From contig JAVKHQ010000001.1 in NCBI GenBank assembly GCA_031459875.1, forward strand, positions 96,001 through 160,000: a stretch of DNA of 64,000 nucleotides, in the 5' to 3' direction. The notes beneath the pieces were generated by a model, which was not told where the DNA came from, searched no databases, and was given only the letters and a program-made list of their open reading frames with translations. The position numbers and the translations under genes are program-made. Origin of the DNA: Candidatus Fervidifonticultor sextus (GTDB lineage Bacteria > Sysuimicrobiota > Sysuimicrobiia > Sysuimicrobiales > Humicultoraceae). Below, piece after piece: positions 8,390 through 18,241 of this stretch; the stretch's first letter is position 1; the number at the start of each line of letters is the position of its first letter.

Positions 8390-9790
8390 CTAGAACTCGA
8401 TGATGGCCCCGTCGCGCACCAGCCGACGCTGGACTTCCCGCACCAGGTCGCGGCGCTCCGCCAGGACATGGGGCGTGACCCGGGAAAGCACCACGACCGC
8501 GGCGGCGGTTCCCGCCGCCTGGCCCATGGCAATCGTAGTCGGGACGACACGGGCCGATCCGGCGGCCTGGTAGGTCGCCGAGAACGCGCGGCTGGACACG
8601 AAGAGGCCGTCGATGTGGGCGGTGATCAGCGACCGCAGGGGGATGGTGTAGGGGTACCGCACCGGGCGGTAGGGATAGCGCTCGCCTTGTTTGTAGGCGT
8701 GGAGGTCCACCGGATACGAGGCCACGGCCACGCGGTCCCAGAAGAGGGTCCGCTCGACGATGTCCCGCGCCGTCAGGACGTAGAGACCCCGGATGTGCCG
8801 CGTCTCGCGGATGTAGAGTTCCGGCGCCACCTCCACCAACCGGGCGCGCGCGAATCCAGGGCAGTGCTTCCGCATGTACTCCACCAGCCTGGGGATCTCA
8901 CGCCTGGCGCGTTCGTACCCTTCGATGCGGGAGGCGCGGCTGGTCCCATCCACGTCGTGCACCTGGAGCGCATTGACCAGCACCGTACCGTCGGGCAGGC
9001 GGCCGATGTTGAGGTCCTGGGCCGACAGGCGCGGGTCGTCCGGCCGGTACTCCCGCATGGCCTGCCGGTATCCCCAGGCATAGCCGTCGAAGACCCCGCT
9101 GGGCTGGCGGCCCCGACGGTGCGCGTAGGCATAGCGGACGATCTCAGGCCAGTCCACGTCGGCCAGGCGGAACATGAGCGTGGCGGGCATGGCCCGGCGG
9201 TCGAGCCCCGAGGTTTCCCGACCGTAGGTGTACGGCACGCCGGCGGCCGCGGCCAGATCAGCGTCGTCGGTGGCGTCGATGGTCACGGTTGCGGTAATCC
9301 TGGCCTCAGCGCCGTCAGGCAGCCGGACCACGGCGCCGCGCACCCGGCCGGACGCCACTACCGGCCGCACCAATTCCGTGCGGGTCAGCAGCGTGATCCC
9401 CGGCTCGGCTTCGACCTTGTCCCGAAGAATCGCGCGCATCCGCCGGGGATCGAAGGTGATCCCGCCGATCTGCCGGTAGAGCTCCAGGAAGATCCCGCGG
9501 ATGAGGTGTTCCTGGCGGCCCGGGACCCGGCTGAGGTCCACCACGTTCAGCATGGCGCCGGTCCAGACCGTGCCCAGGAACGGCCGGGGTTCGGTCAGCA
9601 CGACGACCGTCCCCTGGCGGGCCGCCGCCAGGGCCGCAGCCACACCCGCCGGACTCCCGCCGACCACCAGCACATCGGCCTTGAACCCGGGCGGCCGGAC
9701 ATCCGACCGCAGCAGGCGGGGCCGCATCGCCACGATGGCGGCCACCACCACCAGCCCCAGCAGGGCAGCCGCGAGTGTCCGCGGGCGCAT
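8390..9790 (-). CDS. FAD-dependent oxidoreductase with N-terminal membrane anchor
   Basis: DVLVVGGSPAGVAAA, IDATDDADLA, YIRETRHIRG, MAMGQAAG-like motifs. Confidence 0.88.
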   Translation of the reverse strand: MRPRTLAAALLGLVVVAAIVAMRPRLLRSDVRPPGFKADVLVVGGSPAGVAAALAAARQGTVVVLTEPRPFLGTVWTGAMLNVVDLSRVPGRQEHLIRGIFLELYRQIGGITFDPRRMRAILRDKVEAEPGITLLTRTELVRPVVASGRVRGAVVRLPDGAEARITATVTIDATDDADLAAAAGVPYTYGRETSGLDRRAMPATLMFRLADVDWPEIVRYAYAHRRGRQPSGVFDGYAWGYRQAMREYRPDDPRLSAQDLNIGRLPDGTVLVNALQVHDVDGTSRASRIEGYERARREIPRLVEYMRKHCPGFARARLVEVAPELYIRETRHIRGLYVLTARDIVERTLFWDRVAVASYPVDLHAYKQGERYPYRPVRYPYTIPLRSLITAHIDGLFVSSRAFSATYQAAGSARVVPTTIAMGQAAGTAAAVVVLSRVTPHVLAERRDLVREVQRRLVRDGAIIEF

Positions 9791-9801
9791 GCGGCAGCGA
9801 G

Positions 9802-10308
9802 TCACGGGCCGCTCGCAGGCTGGGGGCCCAGCGCCGCCAGCGCCGCGGCCAGGTGCCCGTAGGTGTCTTCCAGGCTTTGCGGGAGGACCTTGACGTCGCC
9901 GAGGACCGGCATATAGTTCGTGTCCCCGGTCCATCGGGGGACCACGTGGATGTGCAGGTGGTCATCGATCCCCGCGCCGGCGGCCCGGCCCAGGTTCATC
10001 CCCACGTTGAAACCGTCGGGCGCCATGGCCTGCTCCAGGACGCGCACCGCCACCCCGACCAGCCGCATCAGGGCCCCTCCCTCCTCCGGGGACAACGCCT
10101 CCGGCCGGGCCACGTGTCGGAACGGGACGGCCATCAGGTGCCCGCTGTTGTAGGGATAGCGGTTGAGGATCAGGTAACCCAGCGCGTCGCGGTAGAGGAT
10201 CAGGGCAGCGCGGTCGTCGCCCTGGGCAGGCGCCTGACAGAAGATGCAGCCGGGCTCCTTCGGACCCGTGACGTAGCCCACCCGCCAGGGCGCCCAGAGC
10301 CGCCTCAC
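9802..10308 (-). CDS. HIT-family hydrolase (Ap4A phosphorylase-like)
   Basis: [29 protein letters not shown]. Confidence 0.93.
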   Translation of the reverse strand: MRRLWAPWRVGYVTGPKEPGCIFCQAPAQGDDRAALILYRDALGYLILNRYPYNSGHLMAVPFRHVARPEALSPEEGGALMRLVGVAVRVLEQAMAPDGFNVGMNLGRAAGAGIDDHLHIHVVPRWTGDTNYMPVLGDVKVLPQSLEDTYGHLAAALAALGPQPASGP

Positions 10309-11045
10309 CGGCCCGATCCGTCGAGCCGGGTGAGGGCGTCGGCGGCAGCGGCCTGCTCGGCTTCCTTTTTGCTCTTCCCGCGGCCCTGGCCCAGCGGCCG
10401 GCCGTTCGCCTCCACCACGGCGACGAAGGTCCTCGCGTGGTCCGGTCCCTCTTCCTGCGTGATCCGGTAGCGCGGCATCTGACGCCGGCGCTGCAGCCGC
10501 TCCTGGAGCTGGCTCTTGAAGTCCTCGCCGGCACGCTCGATGATCTCGCCGAGCTCCCCCAGCCACGTGGAGACCAGGTGGTGGGCGACGCCGTATCCGG
10601 AGTCGATGTAGACGGCGCCGACCACCGCCTCCACGGCGTCGGCCAGCAGCGACGGCCGCTGCCGGCCGCCGCCCTTCTCCTCCCCCCTGCCCAGCAGCAG
10701 ATACTGCCCGAGGCCCAGCCGCCGCGCGACGGAGGCCAGAGCCGCCTCGTTGACCATCCGCGCCCGTTGCTTGGCCAGACCCCCCTCGTCCATCTCCGGG
10801 TGCCGGCGATACAGGACATCGCTGACCACCAGGTTGAGGACCGCGTCGCCCAGGTGCTCCAGGCGTTCGTAGCTCTTGCCGGGGTCGTGGCCGCGCTCGT
10901 GGCTGAACGATCCGTGCCGCAGCGCCAGGTCCAGCAGGGAGCGGTCGCGGAACCGGACCCCCAGGCGCTTCTCCAGCGTCTCCAGCTGGGCCAGCCGCTC
11001 CTGGGTCAACACCTCGCCGATCGCGCCGGTCTCGTCCGACGCCAC
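10305..11045 (-). CDS. rnc: Ribonuclease III
   Basis: [17 protein letters not shown]-terminal dsRBD with GKSKKEAEQ. Confidence 0.95.
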   Translation of the reverse strand: MASDETGAIGEVLTQERLAQLETLEKRLGVRFRDRSLLDLALRHGSFSHERGHDPGKSYERLEHLGDAVLNLVVSDVLYRRHPEMDEGGLAKQRARMVNEAALASVARRLGLGQYLLLGRGEEKGGGRQRPSLLADAVEAVVGAVYIDSGYGVAHHLVSTWLGELGEIIERAGEDFKSQLQERLQRRRQMPRYRITQEEGPDHARTFVAVVEANGRPLGQGRGKSKKEAEQAAAADALTRLDGSGR

Positions 11046-11067
11046 AGGCGGAAGGGGACGGGGTCGT

Positions 11068-12306
11068 CTACGCATAGGCGCGCAGGATCAGGATAGCATT
11101 GTGCCCGCCAAACCCAAAGGCATTGGACATCACGGTCCGGAGCCGCGCCGGCCGGGCGGTGTTGGGGACGTAGTCCAGGTCGCAGTCCGGGTCGGGTACC
11201 CGGTAGTTGATGGTCGGCGGGAGCATCTGGTGCCGCAGCGCCAGCACGCAGGCGATGCACTCGATCCCCCCGGCGGCACCCAGCAGGTGTCCAGTCATCG
11301 ACTTGGTGGAACTCACCGGGATGCGGCGGGCGTGCTCGCCGAAGAGGCGCTTGATCGCCAGGGTCTCGAGCCGGTCGTTGTAGGGCGTGCTGGTGCCGTG
11401 CGCGTTGATGTAGTCGATCTCTTCAGGGCCGATCCCGGCGTCGGCCAGGGCGGCCACCATGCTCCGGTAGGCGCCATCTCCCTCGGGGTCGGGCTGGGTG
11501 ATGTGGTACGCGTCGGTGGTGATCCCGTAGCCGATCACCTCGGCCAGGATCTCGGCCCCGCGCGCCTCGGCATGCTCCAGGGCCTCCAGGACCACGACGC
11601 CTGCGCCTTCGCCCATGACGAACCCATCCCGGGTCGCATCGAAGGGCCTCGAGGCGCCCTGCGGGTCGTCGTTGCGCGTGGAGGTGGCCTTCATGGCACA
11701 GAAGCCTGCGACGGACAGCGGCGTGATGGCGGCCTCGGTGCCCCCCGCCAGCATCACGTCCGCGTCCCCCCGCTGGATGAGGCGCGCGGCGTCACCGATG
11801 GCGTTGCCCCCGGTCGCGCACGCGGTCACTACACAGGAGCTCGGACCCTTGGCGCCGGTCAGGATGGCCGTCACGCCGCTGGCCATGTTCACGATCATCA
11901 TGGGCACGAAGAAGGGGGAGACGCGGTCGGGGCCGCGTTCCAGCATCGTGCGGTACTGCTGCTCCCAGGTGGCGATCCCACCGATGCCCGATCCGATCAG
12001 GACTCCGGTCCGGCACGCGTTGGCCGGCGTGATGGAGAACCCGGCATGCTCCATGGCCATGCGGGCCGCCGCGTAGGCGAACTGGACGAAGCGGTCGTTG
12101 CGCCTCGCCTCCTTGCGATCCATGTAAGCCGTCGGGTCGAAGTCCACGACCTCGGCCGCGATCTGGGTGGGAAAGGGCGACGGATCGAACGCCCTGATCC
12201 GGTCCACGCCGGAGCGGCCCGCGACCAGCGCCGACCAGAAGGCGCCCGGCCCGGTCCCGATGGGGCTGATGACCCCCAGGCCGGTGACCGCCACGCGCCG
12301 GCGCAT
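11068..12306 (-). CDS. fabF: 3-oxoacyl-ACP synthase II
   Basis: [33 protein letters not shown]. Confidence 0.97.
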   Translation of the reverse strand: MRRRVAVTGLGVISPIGTGPGAFWSALVAGRSGVDRIRAFDPSPFPTQIAAEVVDFDPTAYMDRKEARRNDRFVQFAYAAARMAMEHAGFSITPANACRTGVLIGSGIGGIATWEQQYRTMLERGPDRVSPFFVPMMIVNMASGVTAILTGAKGPSSCVVTACATGGNAIGDAARLIQRGDADVMLAGGTEAAITPLSVAGFCAMKATSTRNDDPQGASRPFDATRDGFVMGEGAGVVVLEALEHAEARGAEILAEVIGYGITTDAYHITQPDPEGDGAYRSMVAALADAGIGPEEIDYINAHGTSTPYNDRLETLAIKRLFGEHARRIPVSSTKSMTGHLLGAAGGIECIACVLALRHQMLPPTINYRVPDPDCDLDYVPNTARPARLRTVMSNAFGFGGHNAILILRAYA

Positions 12307-12338
12307 CCTGGGCCCCCGCGGTGTCGCCGCGAGAGCGG

Positions 12339-12587
12339 CTACTGCGTGGTCTCCTTGGCGTGGGCCTCGATGAAGGCGACGGCGTCCCCCACCGTGACGA
12401 TCTTCTCGGCCTGGTCGTCGGGGATCTCGATCTTGAACTCGTCCTCGAGCGCCATGACGAGTTCCACGACGTCGAGGGAGTCAGCGCCGAGGTCTTCCAC
12501 GAACGACGACTCCGGCCCGATCGAATCCTCCTCGATGCCCAGCTGGTGTGCCACCCGCGCCTTCACCCGATCAAACACCGATACCAT
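12339..12587 (-). CDS. acpP: Acyl carrier protein
   Basis: [17 protein letters not shown]. Confidence 0.97.
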   Translation of the reverse strand: MVSVFDRVKARVAHQLGIEEDSIGPESSFVEDLGADSLDVVELVMALEDEFKIEIPDDQAEKIVTVGDAVAFIEAHAKETTQ

Positions 12588-12616
12588 CGTCCCATCCACC
12601 TCCGTTCGGGCGACAC

Positions 12617-13363
12617 CTAGTGCATGACCATGCCGCCGTCGACGTGCAGGACCTGTCCGGTGATGTACCCGGCTTCGTCCGAGGCCAGAAACACGACGGC
12701 TGCGGCCACGTCGTCGGGGGTACCCGCCCGCCCCAACGGGATCTGGGCCAGGTACCGCGCAGACGACCCCTCAGGCCGCGGTCCGATCATCCCGGCGATG
12801 TAGCCGGGGGCGACCGCGTTCACGGTGACCCCGCGCGATCCGACCTCGCGGGCCACCGCCCTGGTCAGCCCGATCACCCCGGCCCTGGCGGCCACATAGT
12901 TCGCCCGGCCGGCACCCCCATCCTGTTCGACTGCCGAGGTGACGTTGATGATGCGCCCCCGGCGCTGGCGGACGAACTCCCGCAGCGCCGCCCGGATGCA
13001 GTAGAACGTCCCGCTCAGGGTCGTCCTCAACACCGTCTGCCACTCTTCGTCTCCCAGCCGGAGGACAATGCCATCCTCTCCGGTCCCCGCGTTGTTCACC
13101 AGCGTATCGAGGCGGCCGAAGACCTCGATGGCCGTCGCCACCACGGCGGCCGCCTCGGCAGGCTGCGACAGGTCACCGCCGACGGCGTGCGCGCGACCGC
13201 CGGCCGCTTCGATCTCGCGCACCACCCGTTCGGCGAGCTCGCGGTGGCGCCAGTAGTGCACGACCACCCCTGCGCCCTCTCGGGCCAGCGCCACCGCGAT
13301 GCGGCCCCCGAGCCCCCCGGATCCCCCGGTCACGACTGCGCCCTGATCCTCTAACCGCCCCAC
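12617..13363 (-). CDS. fabG: 3-oxoacyl-ACP reductase-like SDR (catalytic residues altered)
   Basis: [24 protein letters not shown]; sits between fabD and acpP; YxxxK reads YVAAR. Confidence 0.8.
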   Translation of the reverse strand: MGRLEDQGAVVTGGSGGLGGRIAVALAREGAGVVVHYWRHRELAERVVREIEAAGGRAHAVGGDLSQPAEAAAVVATAIEVFGRLDTLVNNAGTGEDGIVLRLGDEEWQTVLRTTLSGTFYCIRAALREFVRQRRGRIINVTSAVEQDGGAGRANYVAARAGVIGLTRAVAREVGSRGVTVNAVAPGYIAGMIGPRPEGSSARYLAQIPLGRAGTPDDVAAAVVFLASDEAGYITGQVLHVDGGMVMH

Positions 13364-13369
13364 CGCCTC

Positions 13370-14332
13370 CTACTCCCGCCTGCCCGAGTGATCCTGTCCC
13401 TCACCCGCGGTCACCCGCAGCGCGGCCAGCGCCCCATCCAGCGTGGCCTGGTCTCCGACCGACACTACCGGCATGCCGGGAAGGGTCTTCTTGACCAGCC
13501 CGGCCAGGGTCGTGCCGGGTCCCACCTCCAGGAAGAGACGGGCTCCAAGTTCGCGCAGCGTGTACAGCGACTCCTCCCAGCGGACCGGTGAGGCCACCTG
13601 CTCGATGAGGGCCGCCCGGATCTCCTCCGGCTCCCGCACCGGCTTCGCGCTCACGTTGGCCACCACCGGAATTCGGGCCGGCCTGATGGACACTTCGGCC
13701 AGGACCGCAGCCAGACGGTCGGCGGCTGGCGCCATCAGCGCCGTGTGGAACGGCGCGCTCACCGCCAGCGGCACGACCCGGCGCGCCCCCGCGGCCCGCA
13801 GCCGCTGCGACGCCTGCGCCACGGCGTCCTGCTCACCGCCAATGACGACCTGCCCGGGGGCATTGAAGTTGGCCGCCTCCACGCATCCCGGCACCTCGCG
13901 GCAGATCTCCACGACGCGCGCCGCCTCCATCCCCAGCACCGCCGCCATCCCCGTCTGCCGGCCGGACGCGGCCTCCTGCATGAACTGGCCGCGCAAGCGG
14001 ACCACCCTGACGGCGTCGGCGAAGCCCATGGCCCCGGCCGCCACGAGGGCGGCGTACTCGCCCAGGCTCAACCCGGCGGCCGCATCGGGCCTCACCCCGG
14101 TCTCCGCCAGCACGACGGCGACCGCCCAGCTGCTGGTGAGGATCGCCGGTTGCGTGTTCTCTGTCTCGCGCAGGCGATCCTCCGGTCCCTCGCGGCACAG
14201 CGCCAGCAGGTCCATGCCGACCGCCTCACTGGCCTCCTCGAAGACCCGGCGGGCGGCCGCATGTCGCGCGGCCAGGTCGACCCCCATGCCGACGTGCTGG
14301 GCGCCCTGGCCGGGGAAGACGAACGCGATCAT
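13370..14332 (-). CDS. fabD: Malonyl-CoA:ACP transacylase
   Basis: FPGQGAQ, GLSLGEY, VSAPFH. Confidence 0.96.
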   Translation of the reverse strand: MIAFVFPGQGAQHVGMGVDLAARHAAARRVFEEASEAVGMDLLALCREGPEDRLRETENTQPAILTSSWAVAVVLAETGVRPDAAAGLSLGEYAALVAAGAMGFADAVRVVRLRGQFMQEAASGRQTGMAAVLGMEAARVVEICREVPGCVEAANFNAPGQVVIGGEQDAVAQASQRLRAAGARRVVPLAVSAPFHTALMAPAADRLAAVLAEVSIRPARIPVVANVSAKPVREPEEIRAALIEQVASPVRWEESLYTLRELGARLFLEVGPGTTLAGLVKKTLPGMPVVSVGDQATLDGALAALRVTAGEGQDHSGRRE

Positions 14333-15405
14333 CGCGCCGCCCCGGCCCGTTGCGCGAGCGCTGATCCCTCGGTCCACCGGATCGCGGCGGCGCCCCACGT
14401 CAGGCCGCCTCCGAAGGCCACGAACACGACCGTGTCCCCGGGACGAATGCGGCCCTGCTCCACGGCTTCGTACAGGGCCACCGGGACGGAGGCCGACGAC
14501 GTGTTCCCGTACCGGTCCACGTTGACGAAGAACTTGTCCATCGGCTGACCGAGGCGCTCGGCCGCCGCTTCGATGATCCGGATGTTGGCCTGATGGGGGA
14601 TGAAGCAGTCCACATCGTGCAGGGAGAGCCCGGCCTCGGCCACCACGCGTTCGATGGCCCGCGGGATGGCGCGGACGGCGAACTTGAAGACTTCGCGGCC
14701 GTTCATCTTGATGTAGTGGTCGCGCGCCGCCACCGTCGCCTCGCTGGCCGGCCGCCGCGATCCGCCGGCTGGCAGGCAGATCAGCGGGCCGCCAGCGCCG
14801 TTGGAGCCCAGGTGGAAGGCCAGGAAGCCCTGCTCGGGCGGGCAGGGGCGCAGCACGACGGCGGCAGCGGCATCGCCGAAGAGGACGCAGGTGGCCCGGT
14901 CGGTCCAGTCGGTGATGCGGGACAGCACCTCGGCGCCGATGACGAGGACCGTGTTCGCCTGGCCCGAAGCCACCGCCGCATGCCCCATGGCCACGCCGTA
15001 GGCCCAACTGCTGCAGGCCGCCGAGAGGTCGAAGGCCCCGGCGCGGCTGGCGCCCAGCCGATCCTGCACGAGGCATGCGGTTGCGGGGAACAGCATATCG
15101 GGGGAGGCCGTCCCCACGATGATCAGGTCCAGGTCCATCGCCCGCACGCCGGCATCGGCCAGCGCCTCCCGGGCCGCCTCCACGGCCAGGTCGGAGGTGG
15201 CCACCTCAGGGGGGGCCACGCGGCGCTCGCGGATCCCGGTGCGCGCCTGGATCCACGCGTCGTCCGTGTCCACCAGCTTCTCCAGGTCGTGATTGGTGAC
15301 GATGCGGGGAGGCACGCTGTGACCAATGCCGGCGATGGTCGCCCCCCGGCGCGTCGTCGCCCCAACCCTGGGGGCGATCCGTTCGATGTCCTGGAGACGG
15401 GCCAC
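14329..15405 (-). CDS. fabH: 3-oxoacyl-ACP synthase III
   Basis: SAACS, PHQAN, YGNTSSAS catalytic triad; GGAGG RBS before GTG 15405. Confidence 0.96.
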   Translation of the reverse strand: MARLQDIERIAPRVGATTRRGATIAGIGHSVPPRIVTNHDLEKLVDTDDAWIQARTGIRERRVAPPEVATSDLAVEAAREALADAGVRAMDLDLIIVGTASPDMLFPATACLVQDRLGASRAGAFDLSAACSSWAYGVAMGHAAVASGQANTVLVIGAEVLSRITDWTDRATCVLFGDAAAAVVLRPCPPEQGFLAFHLGSNGAGGPLICLPAGGSRRPASEATVAARDHYIKMNGREVFKFAVRAIPRAIERVVAEAGLSLHDVDCFIPHQANIRIIEAAAERLGQPMDKFFVNVDRYGNTSSASVPVALYEAVEQGRIRPGDTVVFVAFGGGLTWGAAAIRWTEGSALAQRAGAAR

Positions 15406-15454
15406 CGTCGGACCTCCTGTGTCCTTCATCCCGTGCCGGCTGCGGCGAACGCGC

Positions 15455-15655
15455 CTACGATGCCTTCTTCTTCGGTCTGGCAGACTCGACGGGGATGACC
15501 TCGCGCCCGGCGTAGGACCCGCACGACGGGCAGACGCGGTGTGGTCGAATCCGGGCCTTGCACTGGGGGCAGGTGATCAGCGGAATCGGTGCCGCCCTCC
15601 ACCGGCTGCGCCGGGAGCCTGTGCGGGACTTTGGGTGCCGCCGTTTCTGTGCCAC
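15455..15655 (-). CDS. rpmF: 50S ribosomal protein L32
   Basis: Basic N-terminus, CPQC...HRVCPSCGSY. Confidence 0.95.
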   Translation of the reverse strand: MAQKRRHPKSRTGSRRSRWRAAPIPLITCPQCKARIRPHRVCPSCGSYAGREVIPVESARPKKKAS

Positions 15656-15694
15656 GGATCTGCCTCCTCGCCGGGCCTGGGAGTGCCGGGGCGG

Positions 15695-16258
15695 CTACGC
15701 CGGCCCCGATCGCGTCCGACGGTCGCGCCAACCCGCCAGCGGGTGCAGGCGCGGGTCGAGCCCCGGCCCGTCGTCTGCGTGCTCGGTCCCGGTTCCCCGC
15801 CTGTGCTCGCAGGGGCCCAGGCGCAGGTCGGCCCCACACTGGTCGCAGAGTCCCGGGCAGTCGGCTCGGCAGCGGGCCACCATGGGCAGCGCCAGGACCA
15901 GCGCATCGCGCGCCAGGGCTCCGACATCCAGCAGGAGCCCGTCGCCCGCCCAGATCAGGTACTCCTCGGCCAGGGCCGCCTCCCCCGCGGAGACTCCGAG
16001 GGACCAGTTGACCTCCTCCAGCACGTCCGCCTCCAGGTGGTGCCGGTACGCCGCCGCACATCGATCGCAGGTCAGGGTGACCTCTGTCGCCAGCCGTCCT
16101 TCCACGCGCAGCACCGACCCCAGGTTGGTCAGCGTGAGGGTCCCTTCGACGGGTCTATCGAACGGGATCTCGGCGATCCCGCTGGCGATCACGTCGCCGC
16201 AGCTGACGTCCAGCGTGGCGCCGCGCTCGGCGCGGAGGGGTCGAAGATCCACCTTCAT
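15695..16258 (-). CDS. DUF177/YceD family protein
   Basis: CDRC...LPM..CRADCPGLCDQCG, DPRL; directly upstream of rpmF. Confidence 0.92.
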   Translation of the reverse strand: MKVDLRPLRAERGATLDVSCGDVIASGIAEIPFDRPVEGTLTLTNLGSVLRVEGRLATEVTLTCDRCAAAYRHHLEADVLEEVNWSLGVSAGEAALAEEYLIWAGDGLLLDVGALARDALVLALPMVARCRADCPGLCDQCGADLRLGPCEHRRGTGTEHADDGPGLDPRLHPLAGWRDRRTRSGPA

Positions 16259-16289
16259 GGTGTCTACGCCCCGTCTGGCATGCTACGCC

Positions 16290-16319
16290 ATTATAGGAAT
16301 GTGCCATTTGGGGTGTCAA
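16290..16319 (-). promoter_or_regulatory. Sigma70 promoter of the yceD-rpmF-fab operon
   Basis: Minus strand reads TTGACA-18 nt-TATAAT. Confidence 0.8.
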
Positions 16320-16328
16320 TGAACGCAC

Positions 16329-16675
16329 GGGGTACTATGGAACTCGTCGGGCCAAAGCTCCCCACCCCCGGCCTATCTTCTGGGTGAGCAGGATGGAGGC
16401 GTTCCTCCGCCAACATCGCATCAATCTCCGGCTCTTCATCGAGGTGTGAGATGCCCCCGGAGACCTCCCGGGCACGCCTCGCCGACTCCCGCCATCCCCA
16501 AGGCGTTCGCCAGCGCCTCGTCCAGTACTCCCTCGAGCACCGCAACGTCTCCCTCACCGCCCGCGCCTTCGGCTGCGATCGCGGTGACACCTACTGCAAC
16601 AAAGCTGACTGACGCGTGATTAGTGATCCAAGGAACACGGGGGGTGCTGTCTTGAGGGGCCCTGTATAGTACCCC
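16329..16675. mobile_element. Internally deleted IS/MITE-like element (347 bp)
   Basis: Terminal inverted repeats GGGGTACTAT (16329-16338)/ATAGTACCCC (16666-16675), flanked by an exact 14-bp direct repeat GTCAATGAACGCAC (16315-16328, 16676-16689). Confidence 0.85.
16451..16612 (+). pseudogene. Truncated transposase N-terminal HTH (IS481/IS630-like)
   Basis: Manual translation MPPETSRARLADSRHPQGVRQRLVQYSLEHRNVSLTARAFGCDRGDTYCNKAD*, GAGGTG RBS upstream; no DDE domain. Confidence 0.65.
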
Positions 16676-16711
16676 GTCAATGAACGCACCCGCCTGCGCG
16701 CGCGTGCGACC

Positions 16712-17173
16712 TCACTCCCCGCGACGGGACGCCCCGGATCCGCGCAGGACGTCCCGGCCGCGGCGGATCGTCGCCAGGATCCGATCCACCTCGGCTTCCA
16801 GGCGTTCCAGCACGCCGGCCGCATAGTCGTCCGCCCCGCTGCGGATGCGCTCGGCTTCGCGACGCGCCTCTTCGATGACGGCCTGCGCCCGGGCCGAGGG
16901 GGCCGCGGCCGCCGTCTCGCCGAGGCTGCGGGCGTACCGCTGCGCGTCCAGAACGAGCCGCCGCGCCTCCTCGCGGGCGCGGGCCAGGGTCGCCTCGGCT
17001 TCCGCCAGCAGCCGGGCCGCCTGGTGCAGTTCGCGGGGCAGGGCCGCCCGCGCCATCTGCACGAGGCCGATGACCTCACGCTCCATGGCTTCGCGTTGGC
17101 CGGGAGGGACCCGGCTGAGGTGGCGCCGCAGGACGGCTTCCAGGCGGTCGAGCATCTCCAGCACTGTGTCCAC
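16712..17173 (-). CDS. Coiled-coil DivIVA/ATP-synthase-b-like protein commonly downstream of coaD
   Basis: LPRELHQA..LL, GADDYA..VL.RLE pattern; position after coaD. Confidence 0.75.
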   Translation of the reverse strand: MDTVLEMLDRLEAVLRRHLSRVPPGQREAMEREVIGLVQMARAALPRELHQAARLLAEAEATLARAREEARRLVLDAQRYARSLGETAAAAPSARAQAVIEEARREAERIRSGADDYAAGVLERLEAEVDRILATIRRGRDVLRGSGASRRGE

Positions 17174-17175
17174 GG

Positions 17176-17664
17176 CTAGCTCTTCTCCGGCCACTGCGCA
17201 CGCAGCCGCCGCACGACCGGCGGCGGGCAGATACGCTCCACCGACCCGCCCAGGCGCGCCACCTCCCGGATGAGGGACGAGGACACAAAGGCCCACTCCG
17301 GGGCTGCGATGAACAGCAGCGTGTCGAGATTGGGGGCCAGGATGCGGTTCATCGCCGACTGCTTCAATTCGTAGTCGAAGTCGCCGACGGCTCGCAGCCC
17401 CTTGATCAAACAGGCGGCGCCCCGGGACAGCGCGAAGTCGACCGTGAGCCCGCTGTAGGCGGCCACCTCCACCGACGGCAGGTCGGCGAGAACCTCCCTG
17501 AGCATCGCGACCCGCTCCTCCACGGGAAACGCTCCGGGAACCTTTTCCACATTCTCGGCGGCGGCCACGATGACACGATCGAACAGCCGGACGGCCCGTC
17601 GGACCAGATCGATGTGCCCGTAGTGGACCGGGTCGAAACTCCCGGGATAGACGGCGATGCGCAC
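17176..17664 (-). CDS. coaD: Phosphopantetheine adenylyltransferase
   Basis: YPGSFDPVHYGH, KGLR, VSSSLIREVA. Confidence 0.96.
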   Translation of the reverse strand: MRIAVYPGSFDPVHYGHIDLVRRAVRLFDRVIVAAAENVEKVPGAFPVEERVAMLREVLADLPSVEVAAYSGLTVDFALSRGAACLIKGLRAVGDFDYELKQSAMNRILAPNLDTLLFIAAPEWAFVSSSLIREVARLGGSVERICPPPVVRRLRAQWPEKS

Positions 17665-17680
17665 GCGGGTGCCCCCCTCC

Positions 17681-18241
17681 CTACTGACCGGCCCGTGACC
17701 GGATGAACCAGAGCATTGTCTCTCCATACCGGGCCTCGCGCTCCACGACCAGACCCGCCGGCACCTCGGGCCGGTCCCGCCAGTGTCCTTCGGCCACGAT
17801 CAGGCCGCCTGGCGCCAGCACGCCGGCTTCCGCGATGGCCTCCAGCGTCCGCGGGACCCACCGCCGTCCGTATGGGGGGTCCATCATGATCAGGTGGAAG
17901 ACCCGTCCCGCCCGGCCGAACCGGGCGACCGCGGCGAGCACATCCTCGCAGCAGACCTCAGCCCGATTGTCTGGTCCCGGGCGGGGCAGGGCCAGCCGGA
18001 TCGCCCGGGCTCGCCGGGGATCGACTTCCACGAAGACCACCTGCCCCGCACCGCGGCGCAGGGCCTCCAGACCCAGCGCGCCGGTGCCGGCGAACAGGTC
18101 GAGCACCGTCGCACCGTCGATCTGCGCCCCCAGTCGATTGAAGAGCGCGTCGCGCACGCGGGCGGCCGTGGGGCGCACCCCGGCGCGCACACGACGGCCT
18201 GCCGGGGATCTCGGGTGACCGCGCGCGGCCATTCGGTTCAC
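17681..18241 (-). CDS. rsmD: 16S rRNA m2G966 methyltransferase
   Basis: RPT..RVRDALFN, LDLFAGTGALGLEAL, DPPY, RYG. Confidence 0.9.
   Translation of the reverse strand: MNRMAARGHPRSPAGRRVRAGVRPTAARVRDALFNRLGAQIDGATVLDLFAGTGALGLEALRRGAGQVVFVEVDPRRARAIRLALPRPGPDNRAEVCCEDVLAAVARFGRAGRVFHLIMMDPPYGRRWVPRTLEAIAEAGVLAPGGLIVAEGHWRDRPEVPAGLVVEREARYGETMLWFIRSRAGQ

Noticed and set aside
10845..10870. RNase III signature ERLEHLGD instead of ERLEFLGD
   Set aside because: Catalytic acidic residues are retained; probably a tolerated variant
16315..16689. 14-bp direct repeats as a mini-CRISPR
   Set aside because: Only two short copies 347 bp apart, with inverted ends inside; fits a target-site duplication
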